A DNA stretch of 64,000 nucleotides, taken from positions 344,350 through 408,349 of IMG/VR virus record IMGVR_UViG_3300000976_000008, one strand, 5' to 3'. Each line of letters starts with the position of its first letter. Positions within the stretch are counted from its first letter, which is position 1. This stretch comes from a virus. Lineage: Duplodnaviria > Heunggongvirae > Uroviricota > Caudoviricetes. The notes under the pieces were generated by a model, which saw only the letters and a list, made by a program, of their open reading frames with translations, had not been told where the DNA came from and did not search any database. Below, in pieces: positions 41,918 to 52,228 of this stretch. Made by a program: the position numbers and the translations under genes.

Positions 41918-42637
41918 CGGTGCCTTTTTCTCAACGACCTTCTCAAAATCTTGGACAATCTCTTCAACAACCCTATCTAATGGTTGTGAGGCATCAACAT
42001 AAATGACATTGTCGATGGGAACTGACCTACTGACAGAAATAGTCCGTTCATGTGGTCCAGTAATCAGATTGTCATATGTATCAATGATTTTAGAGAAGAA
42101 CTCATCAGACTGTTTGTCATAATGGTCCTCTCCTAGTTTCCTATCTTTCATTATTCGCTTCTTGGCTATTGACCAAGGACACGATAGGATATATAAACGA
42201 TCTGCCTTCGGTGGCTCATAAAGGGCAAAGAGCTTATTGACATCAGTCAAGCTCATCCCATCGGCACCAGCATACGCTATGGCACTTATGAAGGATGATC
42301 TATCAGCAAAGACAAATTCATTTCTAGCCAGTGCTGGTTCTAGAATATTCTTTCCAAAACTGATCGTATCAGCCATATACAGCAATTGTCTCGATAATGG
42401 ATCAATTACTATGTCTTCATCTATCTTCTGAGGAGTCTTGACTAATTTCCTAAGATGAGCACCAAGAGGAGTGCTCCCAGGGTGATGTGTTAAGTGCAAT
42501 TTACTATCAAATCGCTTTACTAAATGATCAACTGATTCTGCGACAGCTTTTGTGATCGTCGATTTTCCAACTCCATCTGAGCCTTCAAAAATTGCGTAAA
42601 CTCCACCCATCATTTCCTCGGATTCTTCGGTATACAC
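41903..42637 (-). CDS. tmk: Thymidylate kinase
   Basis: FEGSDGVGKST P-loop, HPGSTPLG, LLY.AD and FADRSSFIS..AY. Confidence 0.92.
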   Translation of the reverse strand: MYTEESEEMMGGVYAIFEGSDGVGKSTITKAVAESVDHLVKRFDSKLHLTHHPGSTPLGAHLRKLVKTPQKIDEDIVIDPLSRQLLYMADTISFGKNILEPALARNEFVFADRSSFISAIAYAGADGMSLTDVNKLFALYEPPKADRLYILSCPWSIAKKRIMKDRKLGEDHYDKQSDEFFSKIIDTYDNLITGPHERTISVSRSVPIDNVIYVDASQPLDRVVEEIVQDFEKVVEKKAPLLSS

Positions 42638-43083
42638 TTAAGGTGATGGTTTTCCCACTCTGTTTCGAGAAAACAATCTTGACCTTTTGCTTTTTCTAAG
42701 TTGTTTCTAAGTTTTCTTGAAGCACCAGCAGATTTCCAGACCGCACTCTCATATTCTACAAAACTCCCCTTTTTTGGTCTGACACCTTCTCTGAATAGTG
42801 CTTGGGCTTCAAGTGGAGTACATGAGTTTTCATCAGCAATTATTTCATATGTTACCTTTCTCAAATCTCCAGCAAGCTTCCATAAGTCACGTTCCAATAC
42901 CTTGGCTTTTTCTACTGCATCCCCGCTGGTGACGAAATAATCAGCAGGATTAATAAATTCCACATCTTTCAGACCAAAATCCTTAGGATCTGCGAAATTT
43001 ACATGATCATCAAGAACTAATTCAAAAACAGATGGTTTGTCATCATCTTCGAATTTATCGCCAATTTTCGCGTACTTAGGCAT
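42610..43083 (-). CDS. Hypothetical protein
   Basis: ORF in a - strand operon. Confidence 0.6.
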   Translation of the reverse strand: MPKYAKIGDKFEDDDKPSVFELVLDDHVNFADPKDFGLKDVEFINPADYFVTSGDAVEKAKVLERDLWKLAGDLRKVTYEIIADENSCTPLEAQALFREGVRPKKGSFVEYESAVWKSAGASRKLRNNLEKAKGQDCFLETEWENHHLKCIPKNPRK

Positions 43084-43155
43084 TGCATCACCAGTATAGT
43101 ATAAGATTCCACTCTACATACTGGTAAATTTGTGGTAATGATTACAATCTTTCTT

Positions 43156-43467
43156 TCACTTTGACAATGCAGATACTTCATCTAAATAAGCGGTAACATC
43201 ACTCCAAGATCCACTAGTAGGCAAGACAGTGATTCCATCAGCACTCACACAGATTTCAAAGGATTTAGCCATCCTATCGATTCTAAGCTGTCCTTTTGCA
43301 GTGCCAGTCCCAAAGTCGATATAAATAGCATGATCGAGGTTTTGGACTTCTCCGACCACGTACTGGTATTCTTCAATCTTAGAGCAGATATGTTCTATTG
43401 CCACATCGCTTACACGGAATTGTATATTGAATAATTCCGCAGATATGATATTAGGCAGTGCAGCCAT
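43156..43467 (-). CDS. Hypothetical protein
   Basis: ORF. Confidence 0.55.
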   Translation of the reverse strand: MAALPNIISAELFNIQFRVSDVAIEHICSKIEEYQYVVGEVQNLDHAIYIDFGTGTAKGQLRIDRMAKSFEICVSADGITVLPTSGSWSDVTAYLDEVSALSK

Positions 43468-43583
43468 CTTGCTGTTTCTTTTAGTTCGAAAAAGCTCGGT
43501 CTAAAGAACAGACTTCGTGTCGCCCAGAGAAAGAAAGACCAAGGAAGATATATCGGAGAAGCTTGGAGATGTGCTTCAGGGTT

Positions 43584-43802
43584 TCAAATACAAGAAGTGA
43601 TCTTAAACCCAGTAGTTTCAAGGTCGTGCACTAATTGCACTACATGATAATTATTAGATTCTATCTCAACCTTGAAAGCATCATGTTTTCTGCATGCACT
43701 AATAATTTGTGCACTATTCATAAGTTCCATCTCGGGATGGTTATAAAGCTTAATCTTTATAGTCCCATCAGCCAGAGATAAATTAGCGATTGGATATCTC
43801 AT
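43584..43802 (-). CDS. Hypothetical protein
   Basis: ORF. Confidence 0.5.
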   Translation of the reverse strand: MRYPIANLSLADGTIKIKLYNHPEMELMNSAQIISACRKHDAFKVEIESNNYHVVQLVHDLETTGFKITSCI

Positions 43803-43811
43803 ATGTATACA

Positions 43812-43845
43812 ATAGAGGCCGCTCTGTTTCCAAAACGGCCTCTAT
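43812..43845 (-). terminator. Stem-loop / probable intrinsic terminator
   Basis: ATAGAGGCCG...CGGCCTCTAT 10-bp stem downstream of the 43878 stop. Confidence 0.6.
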
Positions 43846-43877
43846 CGGTCCGTGGCCAGTGCGTGTCGTGCGTGCCG

Positions 43878-44927
43878 CTAAGCAGTCACTGGCGTTCGTC
43901 GTGCTTCCGTCATCGTAGGCTTGACTGATTTAGCCATCGAAGCCCATTTTCTTGATTCAGTCATGACCTTCACAGCTCGACCCCAACTATGAGATCCAAC
44001 CTTGCAGGTGTAACCTTCAGCAACCAAGTTATCAGCGTAACTTTCAGCAATATTCGAGAACCTGAACAATGCCATGTCACCACTCACAAGTGGTCCACGT
44101 GATTTCACAGGAACCATTGGAATGTCATACTTGCGAAGACATTGATCATTCTTGCCGAAATAACTCTCAAGAACAACTTGGTCAGCAGGATAGACCTGAA
44201 GCAATTCCTCAGCATCAGCCAGAGCTTCAGCAAGAGCAATTCTCGGACTTGTTCGATTCAATTTACCATTATTCTCTTGAACGAGAATTGTAAATTGAAT
44301 GTCATACTTACCGTTCAGACCAGTTGAACCTTCAGTGATGCTACTCTTCACCAGTCGGGAAAGTTTAGCAACGTTTTCCTTCACAGTTTGAGAATTCCCA
44401 GTTCCAGTCATCCCCTTCTCAGTACCCTTCATAATAGGTGTCTCTTCTGGAGACTTCTGAGTTTTGTGGGATCGAGGCCAAGCTTCACCTTCGTCAGTAG
44501 TGTCGCTTTCACTCTCTGGAAGAAAAGAAGATTTGTTATTCGCACTCCCGCCACCACCGATAGCTGAGCCATCAGCACTATCCATCGCTTCGTTTTCAAC
44601 CAGAGGTTGGAAACCAGGGAATCCTTCCATGAGACTGATCAAACTTTTCCTAACCTTAGTAGGGCAAGTTCTAGGATCAAGACCACCTGTGTAGTAATCC
44701 CATGAATGATTCAGAGCTTCAGCTACTGAGTTCTTACCAGCACGCTTATTGTTGCCGATAATGCTTCTTGCTGATTTCATAAATTCAACAAGTGCAGATT
44801 GGTTCTTTGGGCTGTAAACAGATTCGAATGACATCGCAGCCGATGGCTGTTTAGGCTGTGGCTTACGTCTCATAGGTTTCTTCGGACCAGCACCCATCGG
44901 ACCAGCACCCATCGGACCAGCACCCAT
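43878..44927 (-). CDS. C-terminal part of putative head core/scaffold-like protein (frameshifted from 44870-46729)
   Basis: Begins within MGAGP repeats; dense L/V/I-X-E motifs. Confidence 0.65.
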   Translation of the reverse strand: MGAGPMGAGPMGAGPKKPMRRKPQPKQPSAAMSFESVYSPKNQSALVEFMKSARSIIGNNKRAGKNSVAEALNHSWDYYTGGLDPRTCPTKVRKSLISLMEGFPGFQPLVENEAMDSADGSAIGGGGSANNKSSFLPESESDTTDEGEAWPRSHKTQKSPEETPIMKGTEKGMTGTGNSQTVKENVAKLSRLVKSSITEGSTGLNGKYDIQFTILVQENNGKLNRTSPRIALAEALADAEELLQVYPADQVVLESYFGKNDQCLRKYDIPMVPVKSRGPLVSGDMALFRFSNIAESYADNLVAEGYTCKVGSHSWGRAVKVMTESRKWASMAKSVKPTMTEARRTPVTA

Positions 44928-46729
44928 CGGATATCATCGCCCATGTCCATTAGGTCGCCTTCCATGCCACCCATGCCCATATCATCCATTTCTCCCATGC
45001 CGCTGCCGACACCGAGGTCCATTGGATCTTCCATACCCATATCAGGTAATCCGCCAGCACCCAGAGCACCTTTACTCTTACGAGGGTCTCTAACGTTCAT
45101 ATGCTTCCCAGCCAATTCGTTAATTGGCTGGAAAAAAGGGCGGCGAGAATTTCCCTCCTCTACCGTATCCTTTTCCCAAGGCTTTCCAGAACCGCCAGAG
45201 TCCGAGTCTGAATCGTCACAGTCTGAATCGCAATCTGAATCGTCGCTTGAATCAGAACCAGATTCCCAAGGCTTACCAGAACCGCCATCAGAGTCTGAAT
45301 CTGAATCATCTGAATCCGAACCATCAGAGTCATCGCTTCCGAAAGGAGCTGCAGCACCCGGAAATGGCTTACCATCTTCATTAATGGCATTAGGGACCCA
45401 GTATGGTCCATGAGCATCTGTGCCTTCATAGAACATGAATTGCTTATTGACCTTCATAAGGTCAAGCATGAGTTGCTGGTCTACCTGGACATCAGAACCA
45501 TTGGCTCTAGCCAGCATCTGGAAATCTTCCATGCAAACAGCTTCTCGACCAGATGCTGCGTATGCATCAAACAGATCCTGAAGGTTAATCTCACCTTCCA
45601 TCAATGTCGAGAACAGATCTGGAGTCCAACTTTCTTGAACTTCACCATATTGTGGACCACTTGTGCCAGTAATAGTGCCAGAACTTGGCATCCCAGGTCC
45701 ACCAGCCTTGAAGTGTTCTTCATCAGCACCTGAACCATCCTTCAAAGTACCACCATCACTCCAACGTTCGCCTTCGAATGGTTCTGCAACACCTGAGCCA
45801 TCATTCTTAGGCTCATCTGGCCAGTTGTGGCTTACTGCAGTTTGGTGACCATCTGAAGCTTCAGCATGAGTCGATTCGTGGTGACCCTGAGGGCTTCCAT
45901 CGACACCATTATTATCAACACTTGACATCGCAAGGTTGTTACTGAATTTACGAGGCCATTCTTTGCCCGATTCAGAAGTTTCGGTATCGAATTTACCAAC
46001 CTTATCCTTAGTTGGCTTTCTTTCGGCGACACCATCGCCCTTCGGACTAGGCATTTGGTAGTCACCAGGGGAGTAGTCTCCGCCACCGGCAAATTTTGGC
46101 TCCCACTCATTTAGGACTTTAGATGCTTTTGTCATTAGGCTCTCCGAAGTTTCAATGTCTTCGTTATCTTCATCGTCAGATTTTAAGACGTCGTAGGGGC
46201 CAATTGCTATTGCAGCAGTCCCTGTAAATGATTCATCATAGGTAGCACTATGGGTAATACCATCACTACGTCTACCTGCAATATATTTGTTTCGAGGCCC
46301 TATACCTCTAGTTGTCCTCGTTCCAATTCTTGATTTTACTCTGGAACGTTCTGGGCCATCTGCTTGTTGTTCGGTTGAAGAAGTAAGATTATTTGGAGAT
46401 TCTCCAGCAGTTACTGTTTCTTCCGCGTCACTCCTAGTTAGTAACTGGCCATTATCCGCCATCCCTTGTGGAGTAATGTTATTTACGTTTCTCTGGTATC
46501 CTTGCTGCTCTGGTGACATCGCAGGTGCTGGACCACCAAATGCAATACTCTCATTTGCCAAAGCGATCAAATTATCCGCTAATTCATTTAGCGTCTCTTC
46601 GTCGGATTTACCTTTTTTCTTCACAACTAATTCCCTATGTCCTCCAGGATTTAGTCTATAATGAGCATCATGGCGATCGATTTCTCCCTCGCCCGCCTCA
46701 ACCTCTGGCATTTCAGGTAAGTCACTCAT
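44870..46729 (-). CDS. N-terminal part of putative head core/scaffold-like protein
   Basis: Acidic, low-complexity (DSDSD...GKPWE x2); ends in out-of-frame RWVLV repeats. Confidence 0.65.
   Translation of the reverse strand: MSDLPEMPEVEAGEGEIDRHDAHYRLNPGGHRELVVKKKGKSDEETLNELADNLIALANESIAFGGPAPAMSPEQQGYQRNVNNITPQGMADNGQLLTRSDAEETVTAGESPNNLTSSTEQQADGPERSRVKSRIGTRTTRGIGPRNKYIAGRRSDGITHSATYDESFTGTAAIAIGPYDVLKSDDEDNEDIETSESLMTKASKVLNEWEPKFAGGGDYSPGDYQMPSPKGDGVAERKPTKDKVGKFDTETSESGKEWPRKFSNNLAMSSVDNNGVDGSPQGHHESTHAEASDGHQTAVSHNWPDEPKNDGSGVAEPFEGERWSDGGTLKDGSGADEEHFKAGGPGMPSSGTITGTSGPQYGEVQESWTPDLFSTLMEGEINLQDLFDAYAASGREAVCMEDFQMLARANGSDVQVDQQLMLDLMKVNKQFMFYEGTDAHGPYWVPNAINEDGKPFPGAAAPFGSDDSDGSDSDDSDSDSDGGSGKPWESGSDSSDDSDCDSDCDDSDSDSGGSGKPWEKDTVEEGNSRRPFFQPINELAGKHMNVRDPRKSKGALGAGGLPDMGMEDPMDLGVGSGMGEMDDMGMGGMEGDLMDMGDDIRWVLVRWVLVRWVLVRRNL
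44882..44930. repeat. 15-bp tandem repeat x3 (CCGATGGGTGCTGGT on - strand)
   Basis: Units at 44886-44900, 44901-44915 and 44916-44930. Confidence 0.95.
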
Positions 46730-47256
46730 AGATTATTTTTGTTGCGATATGCCGCAATTTGCCAATTCTTAAGCGGTATCGAATCTTTCAGATAAGAATC
46801 AGACTTAGTTAAGTACTCTACATATGCCTTGTCACCTAAGAATAATTTATCGTGAGCTATTTTATCCAATAGGAATTCATTAACTCTTTTCCTCAATTCT
46901 CTAGCTTCACCAGAGAAAATTATTCTCCTAGGATACGTTACTATATCAGGAGTATACGAACTGAAAACATCATCAGAATTCAAGGATTCATGTCTATTTT
47001 GAGTATTGGTCCGAAAATTATTAACAATCATTTGGGGGTAATTCTTACCCAAAAAATCATATAATTTCTCAGCTCCTCCGAGACTGGAGACCTTATCCAA
47101 AACATCAAGCATTATGCGATTATTTGAACTGCAACCTTTTGATTTTCTCATATCCTGAATGAACTCAGAATACAATTTCTCATCAAAATGATAGAGCCAA
47201 GACTGCCACGAAGGAGAGGTAGCAAGATTGCAGAATTTTTCAGTCCGAATTTTCAT
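46726..47256 (-). CDS. Hypothetical protein
   Basis: Coupled ORF. Confidence 0.6.
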   Translation of the reverse strand: MKIRTEKFCNLATSPSWQSWLYHFDEKLYSEFIQDMRKSKGCSSNNRIMLDVLDKVSSLGGAEKLYDFLGKNYPQMIVNNFRTNTQNRHESLNSDDVFSSYTPDIVTYPRRIIFSGEARELRKRVNEFLLDKIAHDKLFLGDKAYVEYLTKSDSYLKDSIPLKNWQIAAYRNKNNL

Positions 47257-50200
47257 TAAGCTAATGGGAAAAGGACTGTTGCTATTTGATACGATAAGTG
47301 TCTAACACCATCTGGATTACCTTTTGGACTTGTAAACTCAGAATTAACTAATTTTTGAGAAACCAAACTATTCAAATTAGCATCATATTTAAATGAGACA
47401 GAATCAACTTCTGGAATCGGAGCAAAATTCACACCATCAAAAGTAGGCCAAGCAAATGATGGATGACCATGGCTGTCACTAAACTTAGCGATACAAGGTG
47501 TTCCCAAACTTTCACCGCCGCCACAAGATGTATCACTACCTATCGATCTCTTAATTACTATGTAATCTTGACCTCCAATATCCATCACAAAGCCACAGCA
47601 ATTTCCAGACAACCAACCTTGTTCATACCAACGTAGATGGTTGGTGCTCATAGAACAAGCCGAATCATCAACAGCATTAATCGCTCGTTGAGGTTGGGTT
47701 GATGTGCGTTTTTTCTTTCTTGTAGAAATTCTCTCTATTTTATCTGATTTCTTAAGTATGTCAATCTGGACTTCACCAGATGATCTCTGCAACGGCATTG
47801 TCGGGAAATAGAAAGAAACCACACCACCCTCATGTGAGAATGGCAATGTCAATCCTTCATAAGCATTTCTACCATCTTCCAGAGAGTAAAATTCGCCTTT
47901 ATCCAAGAACGTTGCACTCTTTTTTTGACCATTATCCGTAAATTGAACTCTAACATTAGCCCTATATGAACCATTTATAGATGCGGTAGTGCCGGTGATA
48001 ATAGCGACAAATTCACCAGCAGGCAAATTCAAAGAAGCACCATTAACAGCAGATCCAGCATTGATCAAAGGATCAACAGCTAATTGAGCTTGATACGACG
48101 GATCGTACTTCGAAAACTCAGAAGTAGATTGAGCAGTAGCTTTTGCAGCAGAAGCTGAAAAAATGAAAGGGGTGCCGCACATACCAAGAGCTTCAATAAT
48201 AGCATCAGATGCAGCAAAAGGACTAACATCTAAAGCTCTATTAGTGGAAGCTGTCACAAATTTTCCACCTGTTGTCTCAGCATATTCTTTCAAACTATCA
48301 GCAGCTTCAGGAATGAAGGTGTTGTCTAAAGTTGGAACATGGATAGAACTAATTATGATATTATTGTCTTTTGCTTTATTAGCAACAGCAGTTACCTCTT
48401 CCGGTGTTCCTTTTATTTTGTTATTATCAAGTTGATCAGTATATTCCGGAACCTCATCTGTGATCACAATGATCACTTTTCTATGATTCTCAAATGGATC
48501 ATTACCAAACACAGGTAAGAGTCGTTCAATTGCAGTATCTACAGCTACTGTATGTCTAGGGAAGAATGGTATATCAACTCGGGATCTTTCATCAGGAAGA
48601 TTTTTAATATCTTCTAGGTGTTCCCCAGCCCTATAGAAATGGATTCTCTTAACGATTTCAGGAGCAGAGAATCGGCCAAAACCATAGATCCCAATCGAAT
48701 ATTCAGTTGGACTGATGCTAAGAATATGGTTATAGTACATGTTCACTTGATTGACAAGCAATTCGAGGAAAGGATTCATCGACTCAGTATTGTCGACAAC
48801 CAATTGCAATGCTAATGGGTTACAATTGATTGTTTCTTCTTCTCCTCCGCCGCCGCCGCCACCGCCGCCACCATCACCACAAACATCTAAAGCTTCTGAA
48901 ATAGCTGTTTCGGCATTTTCACTTTCAGATCTGACATAAATCCCGCCTGTTTCATTAGTGTAATGCCGAAGACTGACTTCTGCTGCATCAACGAAATTGT
49001 TAGCAAAAGGAGTTTGAATTGCACTAATCGTTATACCATTTGCCGCAGCGGATTGTGCAACTCTCAAAGCTTCTTCATCACCAGCACCTGGCACTTGGTC
49101 AGTTACCACGATGATGATGTTGGCTCTATCAGTTCTCCAAGCTCCTGCAACACCATTAATAGTGTCTTCAGTAGCTTCCACATGTGCTTCTGGATTATCT
49201 CCACCACCACTAGCACTCAATTTCGCTGATTCTTGAATAAATTGTAAACGATTCGAAGTAGACATACCAAGTCGTAAAGTAACGTCATCCTTAAACGTTA
49301 CCAATCCTAGCCTGTAATCACCACCGCTGAATCTAACAATTTCATCGACATAAGCATTTACTTGGTCAACCATGACTCTAAGAAATCTACCCATACTCCC
49401 TGTATCGTCAATAACAAAGACAACATCCATGCCTCTGCTGCAATCGACTGGCGGCTCAGTAGGCGGTTCAGTAGGCGGTTCAGTGGGTGGCTCGAAAGTT
49501 CCTCCACCACATTCTGGATCTTCTTCAAAACCAGGAGTATAGCATGTAGAGTCCTTTAGAACAGTTGTGCTCGGAATACTTGAAGCTTCACCGCTTTCAG
49601 GACCATTGATAGTGATCTGAGCATCAGGAAGAGCAGCTGCAGCAACAGATTCCATATGTTGTCGTAATTGCGTGCTCTTAGACCTAGACAAGCAGCATTC
49701 TAAAGCACAGCACAAAGCAGCTTTTTGTTCGTCAAACAGATCAGACATAGTCTGAATCCAAAAAGCGACTATATCCTCATATCCCTTTTTGAGTCTGCTT
49801 ACCTCATTGAGGTACTTGCTATGCACAGCAGCAATCAAAGGCTCTATGTCTAAATAGTAAATCTCCTGAGGAGCACCAGCAATATTAGCAGCAGCAAGAA
49901 TCCAATAGCTGTTTTGCTGCCTAACAATAAATTGATCCGCTACAGCATCTGGAGAACCAACAGATTGGCGATCGAACTCAATCGCATATTTTGAATCATC
50001 ATTCGGAGCAGATGGGCTAGGTATTACCCGTGCTTCAACCAATGCTTTATTCAAATCAGGGCGTGATTCAACTTGGATAGGCTCATTCTCAAGTGTCAAC
50101 AAGCACTCAGGGGCATCTCCTTGTTCGCCTTGCTCGCCAGCAGGACCAGCAAGTATATCATCAACACCAGGTTCACCATCAATACCCTTATCACCTGCAA

Positions 50201-50669
50201 CCCCAGTGCTCCCGCGATAATCTAATTGACCTCTTCTTTGAAGCTCTGCGACTAATTTGGGCACATCTAGATTAAAATCATACCCATAAGTATGTTGATG
50301 AATCTGGAAAGGATGTTCTTCTGAAATATGTTGACCGAATTCATCAACATTCTGAATAGAAACATCGCCATCTACATTCACAAAGCTATCGGCACCAAAT
50401 AAACCAATAGCACCAGCAGTAAAAGGAGCCACACAATCATTACCAACAATTGTCGACTGTGGTGGCGGAATAACCAATCTATTGAGCTTCTTTAAATCAG
50501 ATGAACGCATAGCCCCATCTGATCTATTATCAACTAAAGGCAAAACAAGATTGCCTGATGCTAATTTAACCCAAGATTTCAAACTCCCGTCATATTCAAA
50601 CAACAAGCCTCTTCTAAGCTCAAAAATCTCACCATCTGCAGGGTTGGCTGGAAAAAGAGTTTCATTCAT
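47256..50669 (-). CDS. Virion protein with collagen-like segment and two vWA domains
   Basis: GxxGxx run (GSTGVAGDKGIDGEPG...), vWA MIDAS DVVFVIDDTGSM...GGGDNPE...VTD, a second vWA LVVDNTESM...ITDE, and PPTE and poly-G linkers. Confidence 0.85.
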   Translation of the reverse strand: MNETLFPANPADGEIFELRRGLLFEYDGSLKSWVKLASGNLVLPLVDNRSDGAMRSSDLKKLNRLVIPPPQSTIVGNDCVAPFTAGAIGLFGADSFVNVDGDVSIQNVDEFGQHISEEHPFQIHQHTYGYDFNLDVPKLVAELQRRGQLDYRGSTGVAGDKGIDGEPGVDDILAGPAGEQGEQGDAPECLLTLENEPIQVESRPDLNKALVEARVIPSPSAPNDDSKYAIEFDRQSVGSPDAVADQFIVRQQNSYWILAAANIAGAPQEIYYLDIEPLIAAVHSKYLNEVSRLKKGYEDIVAFWIQTMSDLFDEQKAALCCALECCLSRSKSTQLRQHMESVAAAALPDAQITINGPESGEASSIPSTTVLKDSTCYTPGFEEDPECGGGTFEPPTEPPTEPPTEPPVDCSRGMDVVFVIDDTGSMGRFLRVMVDQVNAYVDEIVRFSGGDYRLGLVTFKDDVTLRLGMSTSNRLQFIQESAKLSASGGGDNPEAHVEATEDTINGVAGAWRTDRANIIIVVTDQVPGAGDEEALRVAQSAAANGITISAIQTPFANNFVDAAEVSLRHYTNETGGIYVRSESENAETAISEALDVCGDGGGGGGGGGGEEETINCNPLALQLVVDNTESMNPFLELLVNQVNMYYNHILSISPTEYSIGIYGFGRFSAPEIVKRIHFYRAGEHLEDIKNLPDERSRVDIPFFPRHTVAVDTAIERLLPVFGNDPFENHRKVIIVITDEVPEYTDQLDNNKIKGTPEEVTAVANKAKDNNIIISSIHVPTLDNTFIPEAADSLKEYAETTGGKFVTASTNRALDVSPFAASDAIIEALGMCGTPFIFSASAAKATAQSTSEFSKYDPSYQAQLAVDPLINAGSAVNGASLNLPAGEFVAIITGTTASINGSYRANVRVQFTDNGQKKSATFLDKGEFYSLEDGRNAYEGLTLPFSHEGGVVSFYFPTMPLQRSSGEVQIDILKKSDKIERISTRKKKRTSTQPQRAINAVDDSACSMSTNHLRWYEQGWLSGNCCGFVMDIGGQDYIVIKRSIGSDTSCGGGESLGTPCIAKFSDSHGHPSFAWPTFDGVNFAPIPEVDSVSFKYDANLNSLVSQKLVNSEFTSPKGNPDGVRHLSYQIATVLFPLA

Positions 50670-52135
50670 TTCTTAACTTTCCACCGCCTATTGCCGACTT
50701 GCAAAGCATTTGCCTTGACGACTGTAAATTCTGGTGGATTACCACTACTGCCGCCGCCACCATCCGTAGTAGCACCACCAGAAGTTTCCTCACTTCCCCC
50801 ACCACCTCCCGGTGGAGGCACTGTGGGAGGCACTGTGGGAGGCACTGTCGGTGGCGTAGGTGGAGGAAAGACCGGACTACTTGGAGGCGGAGTCGGTGGA
50901 GGAGTAGGCGGTGGCACTGGTGGAGGAGGTGGCGGAACTGGTGGAGGTGCTGGAGGTGGAACAGGAGGTTCAGTACCTCCACCGCCGCCACATTCGTTAA
51001 ATGTAATGCAATATTCAACAGCAGGCATATTAAATTCACATTGAGCTAATTGATCTGCCAAACTAGAAAGAATAGATCTAGCATTGCCATCAATTTGCTC
51101 AATATACTCTTTTACCTGTTTCCCCCAATCAGCATCAATCTTCACTAATCTAGACTGAAATGCTTGAGCAATATCTCCGATGAATTCATTTAGATCCATC
51201 GTCCCATTGAAACCAACTGGTTCATTATCTCTATCATTGGAGCCTTTTGGAAGTCTCAACAATTGCATATTAACAGGTGTAGTATCACCTGGTGGTTGAG
51301 ATAAAGTAAAATCGGCTAGTCTAGAAATATCGCAACCTGTTGCTGGATCTCCGCCATATACAACAGAACGTGTCAAAGAAGTAGTAATTATCTTTTCAGC
51401 TGGTTCATCTTCGGGAACTTTGATCTTAGCTTTAGTCACTACAAGTTTGCAGCCGTGCCCATTGTCATCTGTTAATTCCAGATCAACAATTGCTTCATCC
51501 GTAAATCCAGGAATATCTCTGTAGACAACTTCAGTTAATTCGCATAATTCCTCTATGCTATCTCCCTTATCACCATCAACTCCTTTTGGACCATCTCCGA
51601 AACCATGATCACCTTGGTCACCTTGGTCACCATCATCTCCTTTTTTACCCTTAGGCCCCTTGATATCAACTATCAAAGTGTCAAGGAATTTATTACTCAG
51701 TTTGAATGATAAGCCAGGAGATGATCCACTTGGGGATGCACATTCCAATTCTGGAGGATTCGCACATTCTAATTTGGCACCATCGGGATCAACACAAGAG
51801 ATATCAAGACTGTCACTCTTGAGTTGAATATCTCCTTGAATAACTCCATCAGGATTTGTTGGATTCTGAAGTAATAATTTGGCATCAACTACTAAGCCAA
51901 AACCCCCGCCATTGGATGGGACTCTATCAATCATCCTCTTATGTGCCGAGGACATAAATCCTTTGATATTCGTGTCGGCTAAAGGAACTGTGTCTGCGGT
52001 ACCAGCACGTTCCCAAACATCCAATTTTGAATTATAGCACCAACGTACAAATTCACTATCAACAAACACCTGCCCATCTGTAGGCGTTTGAGGTAGAAAT
52101 GAAACTTTATCACTTGAAAGTATCGTCGATTCCAT
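50666..52135 (-). CDS. Collagen-like, Pro-rich virion protein (paralog of downstream gene N-terminus)
   Basis: GPKGKKGDDGDQGDQG..., long poly-Pro tract, PxxPxDGQxF N-terminus. Confidence 0.8.
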   Translation of the reverse strand: MESTILSSDKVSFLPQTPTDGQVFVDSEFVRWCYNSKLDVWERAGTADTVPLADTNIKGFMSSAHKRMIDRVPSNGGGFGLVVDAKLLLQNPTNPDGVIQGDIQLKSDSLDISCVDPDGAKLECANPPELECASPSGSSPGLSFKLSNKFLDTLIVDIKGPKGKKGDDGDQGDQGDHGFGDGPKGVDGDKGDSIEELCELTEVVYRDIPGFTDEAIVDLELTDDNGHGCKLVVTKAKIKVPEDEPAEKIITTSLTRSVVYGGDPATGCDISRLADFTLSQPPGDTTPVNMQLLRLPKGSNDRDNEPVGFNGTMDLNEFIGDIAQAFQSRLVKIDADWGKQVKEYIEQIDGNARSILSSLADQLAQCEFNMPAVEYCITFNECGGGGGTEPPVPPPAPPPVPPPPPPVPPPTPPPTPPPSSPVFPPPTPPTVPPTVPPTVPPPGGGGGSEETSGGATTDGGGGSSGNPPEFTVVKANALQVGNRRWKVKK

Positions 52136-52228
52136 CGATATTATCTATTCGGACTAATAAACCGATACTATTTATAGATTTGTCGCAAACCTAACGTACA
52201 TTCCTACCAACTATAATGAAGTTCTACC

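Noticed and set aside
50662-51049. Overlapping alternative-frame ORFs in Pro/Gly-rich tracts (also 61448-61977, 59388-59882, 44943-45429)
   Set aside because: Low-complexity codon repeats lack stops in other frames.
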